From: Spirochaetota bacterium
GTDB lineage: Bacteria > Spirochaetota > Spirochaetia > Treponematales > Treponemataceae
Assembly: GCA_023443865.1 (NCBI GenBank)
Contig: JAEZST010000018.1
Coordinates: 77,214-141,213, forward strand
Length of the DNA: 64,000 nt
Direction of reading: 5' to 3'
The notes under the pieces were generated by a model that was not told the origin of the DNA, searched no databases, and worked only from the letters and a program-made list of their open reading frames with translations. Shown one piece after another: positions 24,659 to 33,315 of the stretch; position 1 is the first letter of the stretch, and each line of letters starts with the position of its first letter. Position numbers and translations under genes: made by a program.

Positions 24659-25849
24659 ATGAAGAAGTCGCTGTTATTGGGCGCGGCGTTGGCCCTCTTT
24701 GGGGTTAACGCCTTCGCCATCAACGAGAACGTTATCGTTTGGGAAGAGATCTACAAGCAGATGGATTCCAACGCCCAGCGGTACCAAATAATGCTGAAGA
24801 TCATGGAGTTCAAGGATCGGGAGTTCACGCCCATGCTCCAGTCGGCGCTTGACGGACTTATCGCGAGCCGGCTTGACCTTGGCTCCAGCGGCGAAAGGCA
24901 CGACAAGATCGAGCTGGCCAAGCTGTTGGTGACCGAGTTGGGCAACCTGAAGAGCGTTGAAGCCGCCGAAAGCGTCTTCGCGGCCTATAAGGATTCCGCC
25001 GACGCGGTACTGAAGGCCGCCGCCGCCGAGTCCCTGGGGAATATGCGCGCCGCCCAGTACGCCGAAAACCTGGCCTTCGACCTTGCCGCCATCAACGCGG
25101 GCCCCGTGGCCTCCCAGGGCCGGGACCAGGAAATCGTCGCCTTGGGGCTCGTCCGGGGCCTGGGCGCCATGCGCTCCCCCGTGGGGTTTGAGCCCGTATT
25201 CCTCGCCTCCTTCGGCTGGTACTCGGGTAAATCCGCGGTAAAGGAGACTGCCAAGGACGCGAGCGCCGCCATGGTAGACGATCCGACGGAAAGCCTCTTG
25301 AAGGTGTTCCTGGCCAATCCCTCCCTGGATATCAAGCTCGCCGCCCTTGAAACCGAATTGAATTCCAAGGCGCCGACGGATAAAAAACGGGACATGGCCC
25401 GGCAGGCCTTGGCCTGGGGCGTAGACCGCGCCGAGGAAGACGCCATCAGGATCCGCGCCGTGCAAAAGATCCGCCTGACCGCCATAAACGGCCTCGTTTC
25501 CCTCGAGGACAAGTCGGTCGATACCGTGCCCCTTCTGGTACGGGTGTTCGAGATGGACAAAAAGAACGACGCCACGCTCGAGGAAACCGCGCGAACGCTG
25601 GTTGCCATGGGCGTAAACGGCACCGACGCCGCCGCGAGCTACATGGCCTCCCTCCTGACGGCCTATAATTCCCGCCAGCGGAGCCAGGCGAATACCGCCC
25701 GGGATAAAATGCTGATCAAGCAGCTGCTTTCCAGCATGCAAACCGCGAGGAATCCCCTGGTCAAGAACGCGCTTCTCCAGGCGCAGTACATCAACTACGA
25801 CAACGGCCTGCTCCGCCAAATGGAAGACGTTCTGAAGGCGCTTCCGTAA
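24659..25849 (+). CDS. Secreted hypothetical protein, alpha-helical repeat type.
   Basis: N-terminal signal peptide MKKSLLLGAALALFGVNAFA, then Ala/Leu-rich helical repeats. The RBS AGGGAGAA precedes the start. Confidence 0.5.
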   Translation: MKKSLLLGAALALFGVNAFAINENVIVWEEIYKQMDSNAQRYQIMLKIMEFKDREFTPMLQSALDGLIASRLDLGSSGERHDKIELAKLLVTELGNLKSVEAAESVFAAYKDSADAVLKAAAAESLGNMRAAQYAENLAFDLAAINAGPVASQGRDQEIVALGLVRGLGAMRSPVGFEPVFLASFGWYSGKSAVKETAKDASAAMVDDPTESLLKVFLANPSLDIKLAALETELNSKAPTDKKRDMARQALAWGVDRAEEDAIRIRAVQKIRLTAINGLVSLEDKSVDTVPLLVRVFEMDKKNDATLEETARTLVAMGVNGTDAAASYMASLLTAYNSRQRSQANTARDKMLIKQLLSSMQTARNPLVKNALLQAQYINYDNGLLRQMEDVLKALP

Positions 25850-25884
25850 GCGGGCGTTCTATTCGGCGTTTCGCGACGCCGTGG

Positions 25885-25917
25885 GGCCGGGATCCTCGGG
25901 ATTCCGGCCTTTTTTTT
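25885..25917 (+). terminator. Intrinsic terminator: hairpin GGCCGGGATCC-TCG-GGATTCCGGCC followed by T8.
   Basis: Read directly downstream of the 24659..25849 stop. It is preceded by a second small hairpin (CGGCG-TTTCGCGA-CGCCG). Confidence 0.6.
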
Positions 25918-25994
25918 GCCCGCCTTCGCTCCCGCCCCTTCCCTTGAGCGATTCGGGACTGGACAGCGGGCCGGTCCGGTTTTACCATTAAGGT

Positions 25995-26981
25995 ATGAAA
26001 TACAGAACTTTGGGAAAGACCGGTTTTACGGTTTCCGAGATATCCCTCGGAACTTGGCAGCTCGGCGGCGTATGGGGCTCCGAATTCGACCGCGCGAACG
26101 CCGACGCGATCCTTGAGACGGCATTCGAAAGCGGAATCGATTTTTTCGACACCGCGGACGTCTATTCCGACGGCCTGAGCGAGAAGGCCGTCGGGGCTTT
26201 CGCCAAACGGCACGCGGGGAAGGTTCGTTTCGCCACGAAATGCGGGCGGCGCCTGAATCCCCACGTGGCCGCCTCGTATACCCCCGAAGCCCTTCGCGCC
26301 TTCGTGGAAGACAGCCTGAAGAACACGGGCTTGGAACGGCTTGACCTGGTGCAGCTGCATTGCCCCCCCACCGAGGTATACTATCGGCCGGAAATCTTCG
26401 GCCTGTTCGAGCGTTTGCGGGAAGAGGGCAAGGTCGCGCATCTCGGGGTCAGCGTGGAAAAGGTCGAGGAGGCGCTCAAGGCCATCGAGTACGCCAACGT
26501 GGAAACCGTGCAGATCATCTTCAACATGTTCAGGCAGCGGCCCGGGGAGCTCTTTTTCCGGGAGGCGGCGGCGCGGAATATCGGCGTGATCGTGCGGGTG
26601 CCGCTGGCGAGCGGCCTCCTTACCGGTAAATTCGGCGAGAAAACCGCCTTCGCCAAGGACGACCACCGGAACTTCAACCGGAACGGGGAAGCCTTCGACA
26701 AGGGCGAAACCTTTTCGGGAATTCCGTACGACGCGGGCCTTCGGGCGACCGAGCGGCTCAAGGAAGTGTTCCCGCTCGAGCCGCCCCTTGCCCTCATGGC
26801 GCTTCGGTGGATTCTTGACCACCCGCAGGTCTCGTGCGTCATTCCGGGCGCCTCGCGGCCGGACCAAATCAGGTCGAACTGCCGTGCCTCGGACCTGCCG
26901 CCCTTAAGCGAAAGCGAGCACCAAATCGTGAAACGCATCTACGAGGTGGACATTAAGCCGCTGGTGCATCACCTGTGGTAA
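25995..26981 (+). CDS. Aldo/keto reductase family oxidoreductase.
   Basis: MKYRTLGKTGFTVSEISLGTWQLGG..., IDFFDTADVYSDGLSE, an AKR Tas/YajO-like signature. Confidence 0.85.
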   Translation: MKYRTLGKTGFTVSEISLGTWQLGGVWGSEFDRANADAILETAFESGIDFFDTADVYSDGLSEKAVGAFAKRHAGKVRFATKCGRRLNPHVAASYTPEALRAFVEDSLKNTGLERLDLVQLHCPPTEVYYRPEIFGLFERLREEGKVAHLGVSVEKVEEALKAIEYANVETVQIIFNMFRQRPGELFFREAAARNIGVIVRVPLASGLLTGKFGEKTAFAKDDHRNFNRNGEAFDKGETFSGIPYDAGLRATERLKEVFPLEPPLALMALRWILDHPQVSCVIPGASRPDQIRSNCRASDLPPLSESEHQIVKRIYEVDIKPLVHHLW

Positions 26982-27009
26982 ACGGCCGGGCCGGCCGGCG
27001 CGAGGCGTT

Positions 27010-27483
27010 CTACGTATCCTGGCCGGACCGGCTATCTTCTTCCAAGCCGAGCTTTCGCGCGATGATGGCCGCGGCTTCGCCCACGATTCGCGCGCAGGGC
27101 CTCTTTTCGTAATATTCCTTCGTCCGCTCCGACGGGGCGGCGGAATAGCCGCAGTCGTATTTCTCCAGGAGCTCGCGGCACACGCCGGTACCGAAGAGCG
27201 AAACGAATTCGCCGTGCGCTTCCTGGATCAGGGCGTAAAAGGCGGTTTTTGACTCGGTGTCGTCCGGGGAATAGGAGCCTCGGGCCAGTCCCGAGACGAA
27301 GGCCATGCCGCTAATGGCGCCGCAGGTTTCTCTCAGCCCGCCTATGCCCCCGCCGAAACCGGCCGTCATTTTCGCGATCTCCGCCTCGGTAAGGCCGAAA
27401 TCGTCAGCGAAGGCCGCCGCAGTGGACTGGGCGCAGTTGTATCCCGACAGGAAAAGCGCTTGGGCGCGGTTCAGGTGCTTCAT
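27010..27483 (-). CDS. C_GCAxxG_C_C family protein (putative redox-active protein).
   Basis: 157 aa with the family-defining N-terminal FLSGYNCAQSTAAAF and downstream Cys motifs (CGAISG, GTGVCRE). Confidence 0.7.
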   Translation of the reverse strand: MKHLNRAQALFLSGYNCAQSTAAAFADDFGLTEAEIAKMTAGFGGGIGGLRETCGAISGMAFVSGLARGSYSPDDTESKTAFYALIQEAHGEFVSLFGTGVCRELLEKYDCGYSAAPSERTKEYYEKRPCARIVGEAAAIIARKLGLEEDSRSGQDT

Positions 27484-28400
27484 GGGGGAAGTATACCGGG
27501 CCCGCTTCCGGCTGTAAACCGAGACCCCGCAGGATACGCTCGACGATGTCTATCCGGCGGAAGGGCGTTATGAGATAGAGGCCCGCGACGACGCCGAGGG
27601 CGGACCTCGCCGTTTCCGCCGCGGTTTCCGCGGCGATGCCGGCGGCCCCTTCCCGGTCGGCCCCCGCAAGCCGCCGTTCCAGGCCCGGGTCCAACCCGAT
27701 TCCCCGCACGTTCTCCGCGAGATACCGCGCGTTTTTCGCGCTCAGTACCGGGAGTATTCCCGCGAGAAGCTCGGCGTCGAGGGCCTCGCGCGCCCGTTCC
27801 AGGTTGCGTAAGGCCCGTTCGGAGAATATCGGTTGGGTAAAGAAGCGGCGTACCCCGGCTTCCCGCTTCCGTTCCGCCCTGGCCAGTTCGGCCGAAAAGT
27901 TCGGCGCGTTCACGTTGAGCGCGCCGGATACGGCGAAGGGCCGCTCGAACAGGGTTTCGTTCCATCCGGCCACGAGCCTCGCGAAGCCCACTGAATCGAA
28001 GCTCGCCGCGCTTTTCACCGAGGCACGGTCTTCGGGCCGCACCGGATCGCCGGTAACCGCGAGAATTTCGCGGTTTCCCAGGAGGTCCAGGGCGAGGAGG
28101 GCGGAAAGGAGCGCGTTCCGGTTCCGGTCGCGGCAGGCGAGATGGGGAATGACCGGAATGCCCGTTTCCCGGACGACCGCCGCGGCGAGGATGCATGAAT
28201 CCGCGCGGGGCGAGGCGAGGGGATTGTCGGCGACGGTGATCGCGCGGGCCCCGGCGTCGCGAAGCCGCGTCGCCGCTTCAAGGTATCTGCCGAACGCCCC
28301 CGGGTTTTCCCGCTGTCCGCCGTTCGCTGCCGGGGAATCGAGTTCCACCGCGATAAAGGGCCCGGATACGGGCGGCCCGCTCACGGGCGCCCCGCTCACT
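27404..28400 (-). CDS. metF: 5,10-methylenetetrahydrofolate reductase (short bacterial form). The proposed start is a GTG that overlaps the metE stop codon (GTGA).
   Basis: The C-terminal ~300 aa of the 27404..29311 frame are MetF-like (FIAVELDSP, ITVADNPLASPR, PHLACRD, AVTGD). The upstream 300 codons of that frame overlap metE and are Arg/Gly-rich, so they are treated as artefact. The start codon is uncertain. Confidence 0.6.
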
Positions 28401-30711
28401 GGCGGCCTCCCGGAACGTTCTTCCCGGCGGCGGCGAGGGCCTCGCGCGCGGCGAGGGTCGCGGCGACGAGGTTTTCCAGGGACGCCCGGGTTTCTGCCCA
28501 GCCCCGTGTTTTCAGGCCGCAGTCGGGATTGACCCAGAGGCGGCCGATCCAGCCGGGGTCGGCGCCGGGAGCGCGGGCCATCGCGAGTATTCGTTCGGCG
28601 AGTTCCTCCGCCGAGGGCACGCGGGGCGAATGGATGTCCCATACGCCCGGTCCCACCGCCGTCTCGAACCCCTCGCGCGCCAGGGTTTCCGCGAGCGACT
28701 CGGCGGAGCGCGCCGCCTCGAAGGTAATCACGTCGGCGTCCATGCCGTCTATTTCGCGGATAATCTCCGTAAAGTCGCTGTAGCACATATGGGTATGGAT
28801 CTGGGTTTCCGCGCGAACCGACGCGTGGCAGAGCCTGAACGCGGGGATCGCCCAGCCGAGATAGGCGGCCCGATCCGCCTTCCGCGCGGGCATTTTTTCC
28901 CGCAGCGCCGCCTCGTCGATCTGGATTATGGCGATGCCCCGCCTTTCCAGCTCGAGGACTTCCTCGCGGAGGGCCCGGGCGATCTGAAAGGCCGATTCGG
29001 CGAGGGAAATGTCTTCCCGGGGAAACGACCAGGCAAGGACGGTCGCGGGCCCGGTGAGCATGCCCTTGACCGGTTTGTCCGTGAGCGATTGGGCGCGTAC
29101 CGCCAAGTCCGCGGTAAGGGAGCGGGCGCGCCGAACGTCGCCGGAAACGACCGGCGGCTTCACGCAGCGGGTCCCGTAGGACTGGACCCAGCCGTGCCGG
29201 GTAAAGGCGAAGCCCGCGAGGCTTTCCGCGAAGAATTCCACCATGTCGTTCCGCTCGAATTCCCCGTGTACCAATACGTCCAGGCCGAGCCGTTCCTGAT
29301 AGCGCACGCATTCCTCGATCAGGCGGAAAATTTCCCCGTCGTAGGCGCTTCGGCCGATCTGGGCCGAGCGGAGCCGGGAGCGGAGGGCGCGCACCTCGGC
29401 GGATTGGGGAAACGAGCCGATGGTGGTAAGGGGAAGCGGGGGGAGCTTGAACCGCGCCGCCTGAATGGCGCGCCGCTCGGAGCGCGACGGCGACCGGAAG
29501 GGAACGGTATCCGGAACGTATCCGCTATCCGGGGCCCCGGCGCCGTCGCTTCTTTCGACCGATTCTCCATCGGCTTCCCCGCCCGTCGCGCCTTCCCCGC
29601 GCCCTGAGGGCCGGGAACGCTCCGCCTTTCGCGCGATTGAGACGAGTTCGCCGAGCTTTTCCGAGGCGAAGGCGAGCCCTTCGCGAACGAGCGGGTCCAG
29701 TTCCGTTTCTTCGGCAAGCGAGATGGGCACGTGGAGGAGGGAGCAGGAGGTCTCGACGCCCAGCGGCGCCTTCGTGCGGCGCGCGATCTCGCGAAGGAGG
29801 GCGACCGAGTCGTCTTGCCGGTTCTTTCGGACGTTTCGCCCGTTCACGAGGCCGACGCTCAGTTCGCGGTCCGCCGGAAAGCCCCGTTCCCGCAGAAGGC
29901 CGAGATTCCGCGTACCGTCCACGAAATCGAGGGCGATTCCGTCGAAGGGCAGCGCCGCGACGACGTCCCAGGAATCGCGAATGTCGCCGAAGGGGAAGCC
30001 CGCGGTTATGCGTACCACCGATCGGGCGGCAAGGAGCCGTTCCCATATTCGGGCGAACAAGGCGTTTTCGCTCTTTCCCGTATCCAGGGTAAGCGCGGGC
30101 TCCTCAAAGCGGATTTCCCTCACGCCAAGGCGTTCCGCGGCGGCTATGAGCTCGGCCCACGCGCGGGAAGCCCCGTCGGCGAAAGAACTCGGCCCCCGGC
30201 CTTCCCCGTAGCGGCAGAGGGAAAGAAAGGTCCAGGGCCCGATAAAGGTCGGCACGGTTTCGATTCCCGCCGCGCGTGCCTCGAGCCAGCCGGAAAAAGC
30301 CTCTTCCGGCGATTCGGATAGGCGGAGTTCCGTATCGCCGTCCAACTCGGGGACTATGTAATGATAATTCGTGATAAACCACTTTTTCATGGGCAGGGGT
30401 GCCCGTTCCGGCGTGCCCCGCGCCATCGCGAAGGCCGTTTCGAGCCTGCTCGCCCCCGCGATCCGGAACCGCGCGGGAATGGCGGAAAAACGGATGGCGG
30501 TATCGAGCATGCCGTCGTAAAAGGAAAAGTCCTGGGAGGGAATGCGGTCTATGCCCGCGGCCTTCATGCAGTTCCACGCGATCAGGCGGAGCGATGCGGC
30601 CTTGGCTTGGAGCGTCGCCTCGTCTATCTCTCCCCGGAGCCATGATTCGGTGGCGAATTTGAGCGCGCGCCCCGCGCCGATCCGGGGCCAACCGGAAACC
30701 TGTGTGAACAT
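28396..30711 (-). CDS. metE: Cobalamin-independent methionine synthase (5-methyltetrahydropteroyltriglutamate-homocysteine methyltransferase).
   Basis: 771 aa. N-terminal half and C-terminal Zn-binding half, with conserved KKWFITNYHYIVPE, TIGSFPQ, and the His/Cys/Glu/Cys Zn ligand region (HMCYSDF, NPDCGLKTR). RBS AGGAGG 6 nt upstream. Confidence 0.9.
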   Translation of the reverse strand: MFTQVSGWPRIGAGRALKFATESWLRGEIDEATLQAKAASLRLIAWNCMKAAGIDRIPSQDFSFYDGMLDTAIRFSAIPARFRIAGASRLETAFAMARGTPERAPLPMKKWFITNYHYIVPELDGDTELRLSESPEEAFSGWLEARAAGIETVPTFIGPWTFLSLCRYGEGRGPSSFADGASRAWAELIAAAERLGVREIRFEEPALTLDTGKSENALFARIWERLLAARSVVRITAGFPFGDIRDSWDVVAALPFDGIALDFVDGTRNLGLLRERGFPADRELSVGLVNGRNVRKNRQDDSVALLREIARRTKAPLGVETSCSLLHVPISLAEETELDPLVREGLAFASEKLGELVSIARKAERSRPSGRGEGATGGEADGESVERSDGAGAPDSGYVPDTVPFRSPSRSERRAIQAARFKLPPLPLTTIGSFPQSAEVRALRSRLRSAQIGRSAYDGEIFRLIEECVRYQERLGLDVLVHGEFERNDMVEFFAESLAGFAFTRHGWVQSYGTRCVKPPVVSGDVRRARSLTADLAVRAQSLTDKPVKGMLTGPATVLAWSFPREDISLAESAFQIARALREEVLELERRGIAIIQIDEAALREKMPARKADRAAYLGWAIPAFRLCHASVRAETQIHTHMCYSDFTEIIREIDGMDADVITFEAARSAESLAETLAREGFETAVGPGVWDIHSPRVPSAEELAERILAMARAPGADPGWIGRLWVNPDCGLKTRGWAETRASLENLVAATLAAREALAAAGKNVPGGRQ

Positions 30712-30794
30712 GCGTACCTCCTGCCGACGAAAAAGCCGGCGTTGGGTACAGCCTACCAGGTCTGAAAGATATAGTCCAAGACTTTGTTTTTATT

Positions 30795-30823
30795 ATTGGT
30801 TATAGTAAAATACTATAACCAAT
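30795..30823. promoter_or_regulatory. Perfect 13-bp inverted repeat ATTGGTTATAGTA-AAA-TACTATAACCAAT in the metE promoter region, 84-112 bp upstream of the metE ATG. Candidate operator of a dimeric HTH regulator.
   Basis: Palindrome read directly. No SAM or B12 riboswitch-like sequence is apparent in the metE leader. The 12-mer ACTATAACCAAT recurs at 62314..62325 upstream of an XRE regulator gene. Confidence 0.45.
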
Positions 30824-30875
30824 GCGGTAAACCGCCTCCATCCGGGGCCGGGAATCCCCGGATAGAGCGCGTGTC

Positions 30876-33125
30876 TTACTGCTTTTCCGTTTTCTCGGCG
30901 ACGGCGTTCAGCCTGCCTTTCAGCAATTCGGTGCCGATCAGGGCTTCCACGAGGCTTCCGTTGCCCGCGCCGTCGCCCGAGCCCTGGATAAGTATTTCGG
31001 GAACGATTTTCACCTGGTTTTTCGCCAGATGCTCGGCCACCTGCACGATGGCGAATTGCTCGCGGCCCATGGCGTCGGTTTTCTTCTGGATAACGCCGGC
31101 CTCGGCGGTACCGACCTTGTCGATATTGTCCGCCTTGGCGGCGCCGACGGTCGTGAGCACGTATGCCTCGCCGTCCGCCGTTATCTTGGCGGACTCCCGC
31201 TCGCCCTTTGCGGTTTCGACCTTCGCGTCGGCCACCTGGGTGGCGATTTCCTTGTTGTACCGGGCCGCGGTCAGTTCCTCTTCCTTGGTGGCGGCGGTTT
31301 GCGCCTTCACGAAATCCTGCCGCTTTTCCTCGGAGGCCTTTTGCATCAGGTACATTTCCTGCTGCTGTTCGGCCACCTTTCGGTCCGCGAGAATTTTCAT
31401 GAGTTCCATGGGGGGATTGATGTCGCCGATGAGCGTGTCGACGCATTCTATGTCGTACTGGTTCAGTATGCGCTCGATGTGGGACCGCGCTTCCATTTGG
31501 CGCTCGGACCGGCCCTCCACGAAGGAGAGGGCTTCCGAGGTTTGGGCGCTGTTCCGGAAATAGTTGCCGATGGTGGGCTCCAGCACCTGGGAGATGAGGT
31601 TTTCTACGGTGCCGAAGCGGGCGATGACCTTGGGCGCGGCGGTATTCGAGATATTGATGACCTGGGAAACCTCCAGATTGAAGGTAAAGCCGTCTTTCGA
31701 GCGCACCTTGATGGTTTTCAGCTTTTGGTCCAGCCCGTGGTTCTCGTGGGTTTCGTCCTTCCAATTGAGCACGATATTGGTGGTGGGCACCATGAGGATG
31801 TCCTGCAGGTTCTTGTTGACGGGATAGAGGCCCGGGTCGAGCGTCGTTTCCCAAATGCCCTTTTGGCCCTTTTTCACGATTTTCCCGTGCTTGAATTCGC
31901 TGCCCGCCACGTCGACCCCGTCGTCGCCGATGAAGGAGTTGACCACGCCGCAAAACCCGACCTCGACCCTGATCATCTTTTCGATGCGTACCTGGGCGAA
32001 CCAGGGATTGACCGCGTAGGCGCCCGCGCGCAATACGGGAATCTGGAGGCCCTTTTGCCCCCCCGCCTTGATGAAGGCGTCGGGGTCCTGGAAGTTTTTA
32101 TGCGTTTTCAGGTCGATTTCGTCGGCGGCGATTTTATCCTGGCCGATTATCGGGTTACCCTCGAGGATGGTCACGATGCCGATCCCGTCCGGCGGAACTT
32201 CCACCCAGGGATTCGCCTCGCTCACCTCGAATAGCTTCGTGTTGATACGGTAGGTTCCGGGCATGAGGTGCTGGATCTGCCGTCCCTTTTGCCCCCCGTT
32301 CGCCAGGAACACGTCGCCCTTCTCGAAGTTCTTGTGGCCCTCGATTTTATCGGCCAGGAGCCTCCCGTCGGGAATTTGGGTACCGTCCATCGCCGTCACC
32401 ATCCGTACGTGGCCGCCGGGAACCACGATGGCCGGCTGTCGGGTAATGCGGAACATATAGGTATTGATGCGGTACATACCGGGGGTGAGCACCTGCACTT
32501 GGGGCCCCTTTTGCCCCCCGTTTTTCAGGAAGGCGGCGCCGTCCTGGAAGAGGTCGCACTCGACCGTCTCGGCCATGATCTTTCCCGCGGGAATCGGCTT
32601 GCCGGCTATGGCCTCGACGATGGCGATTTCGTTTTCCATAACCGTGGTGGCCTGCACGATTTCCACCTTAAAAAGGTGCGGGTTGATCCGGTGCTCGCCG
32701 GGGGGAATCATCTTGATTTGGGGCCCTTTTTGGCCGCCGTTTCTCAGGAAGGCCACGCCGTCCTGAAAGGTGTCGCAGGGCACGTCCTTCGCCATAAACT
32801 CGTCGGAGGGGATGGGCGCGCCGGAAACGGCCTGCACCAAACCGATTTCGTCGTCGCGGATAACGAGAAATTTGAATTTTTTCGCGACCTGAAAGAAGGG
32901 CACGAGGAAATGGAGGCCCGGGCCGAGGATTCGCGCCTGGATACCGATCTCCCCGGGGAGGGCGACGGTTCTTCCGTCCTTCATGGTCTTGCCGATATAG
33001 CGCCGCTCGATGGTGGCGAGCTCGTCGGCCTTTACGTTCAGGACTGATTTGGCGATAAGCACCACCGCGACGACGAGGGGGACGGCGAGCCAGGAATAGT
33101 CGATGAGTAAGGCGAGATCGATCAT
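30876..33125 (-). CDS. Flotillin / SPFH (band 7) family protein with five tandem N-terminal repeat modules and a C-terminal coiled-coil.
   Basis: 749 aa. N-terminal transmembrane helix. Five ~70-aa repeats carry the flotillin N-terminal signature (F(L/I)xNGGQKGxQ..(L/I).PG.YRIN, four times with GGQKG). Then an SPFH core and a long Glu/Ala/Lys-rich coiled-coil (EQQQEMYLMQKASEEKRQDFVKAQTAA...). Confidence 0.75.
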   Translation of the reverse strand: MIDLALLIDYSWLAVPLVVAVVLIAKSVLNVKADELATIERRYIGKTMKDGRTVALPGEIGIQARILGPGLHFLVPFFQVAKKFKFLVIRDDEIGLVQAVSGAPIPSDEFMAKDVPCDTFQDGVAFLRNGGQKGPQIKMIPPGEHRINPHLFKVEIVQATTVMENEIAIVEAIAGKPIPAGKIMAETVECDLFQDGAAFLKNGGQKGPQVQVLTPGMYRINTYMFRITRQPAIVVPGGHVRMVTAMDGTQIPDGRLLADKIEGHKNFEKGDVFLANGGQKGRQIQHLMPGTYRINTKLFEVSEANPWVEVPPDGIGIVTILEGNPIIGQDKIAADEIDLKTHKNFQDPDAFIKAGGQKGLQIPVLRAGAYAVNPWFAQVRIEKMIRVEVGFCGVVNSFIGDDGVDVAGSEFKHGKIVKKGQKGIWETTLDPGLYPVNKNLQDILMVPTTNIVLNWKDETHENHGLDQKLKTIKVRSKDGFTFNLEVSQVINISNTAAPKVIARFGTVENLISQVLEPTIGNYFRNSAQTSEALSFVEGRSERQMEARSHIERILNQYDIECVDTLIGDINPPMELMKILADRKVAEQQQEMYLMQKASEEKRQDFVKAQTAATKEEELTAARYNKEIATQVADAKVETAKGERESAKITADGEAYVLTTVGAAKADNIDKVGTAEAGVIQKKTDAMGREQFAIVQVAEHLAKNQVKIVPEILIQGSGDGAGNGSLVEALIGTELLKGRLNAVAEKTEKQ

Positions 33126-33315
33126 TGTTTTATAACTCCTTTATTTCCGATTTTTTAGTATATCACGCATCGGGAGAAACCTAAAAAATTAGCCTTTTTT
33201 ATTTTGGCCGGAGAGCGGTTCCGCTCGACCGGACGCGCGCGTGCGGGCATACGGCGGCGAATCTGGCGGCGGGCATACGACGCGGCGAACGGCGCCGGCG
33301 AACGCGCGCATATCC

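Noticed and set aside
30712-30900. Expected SAM (S-box) or cobalamin riboswitch in the metE leader.
   Set aside because: No S-box (GAGGGA...GCAACC) or B12-box (GCCACTG) features are recognisable by eye. A palindromic protein operator is present instead. This could still be checked with Infernal.
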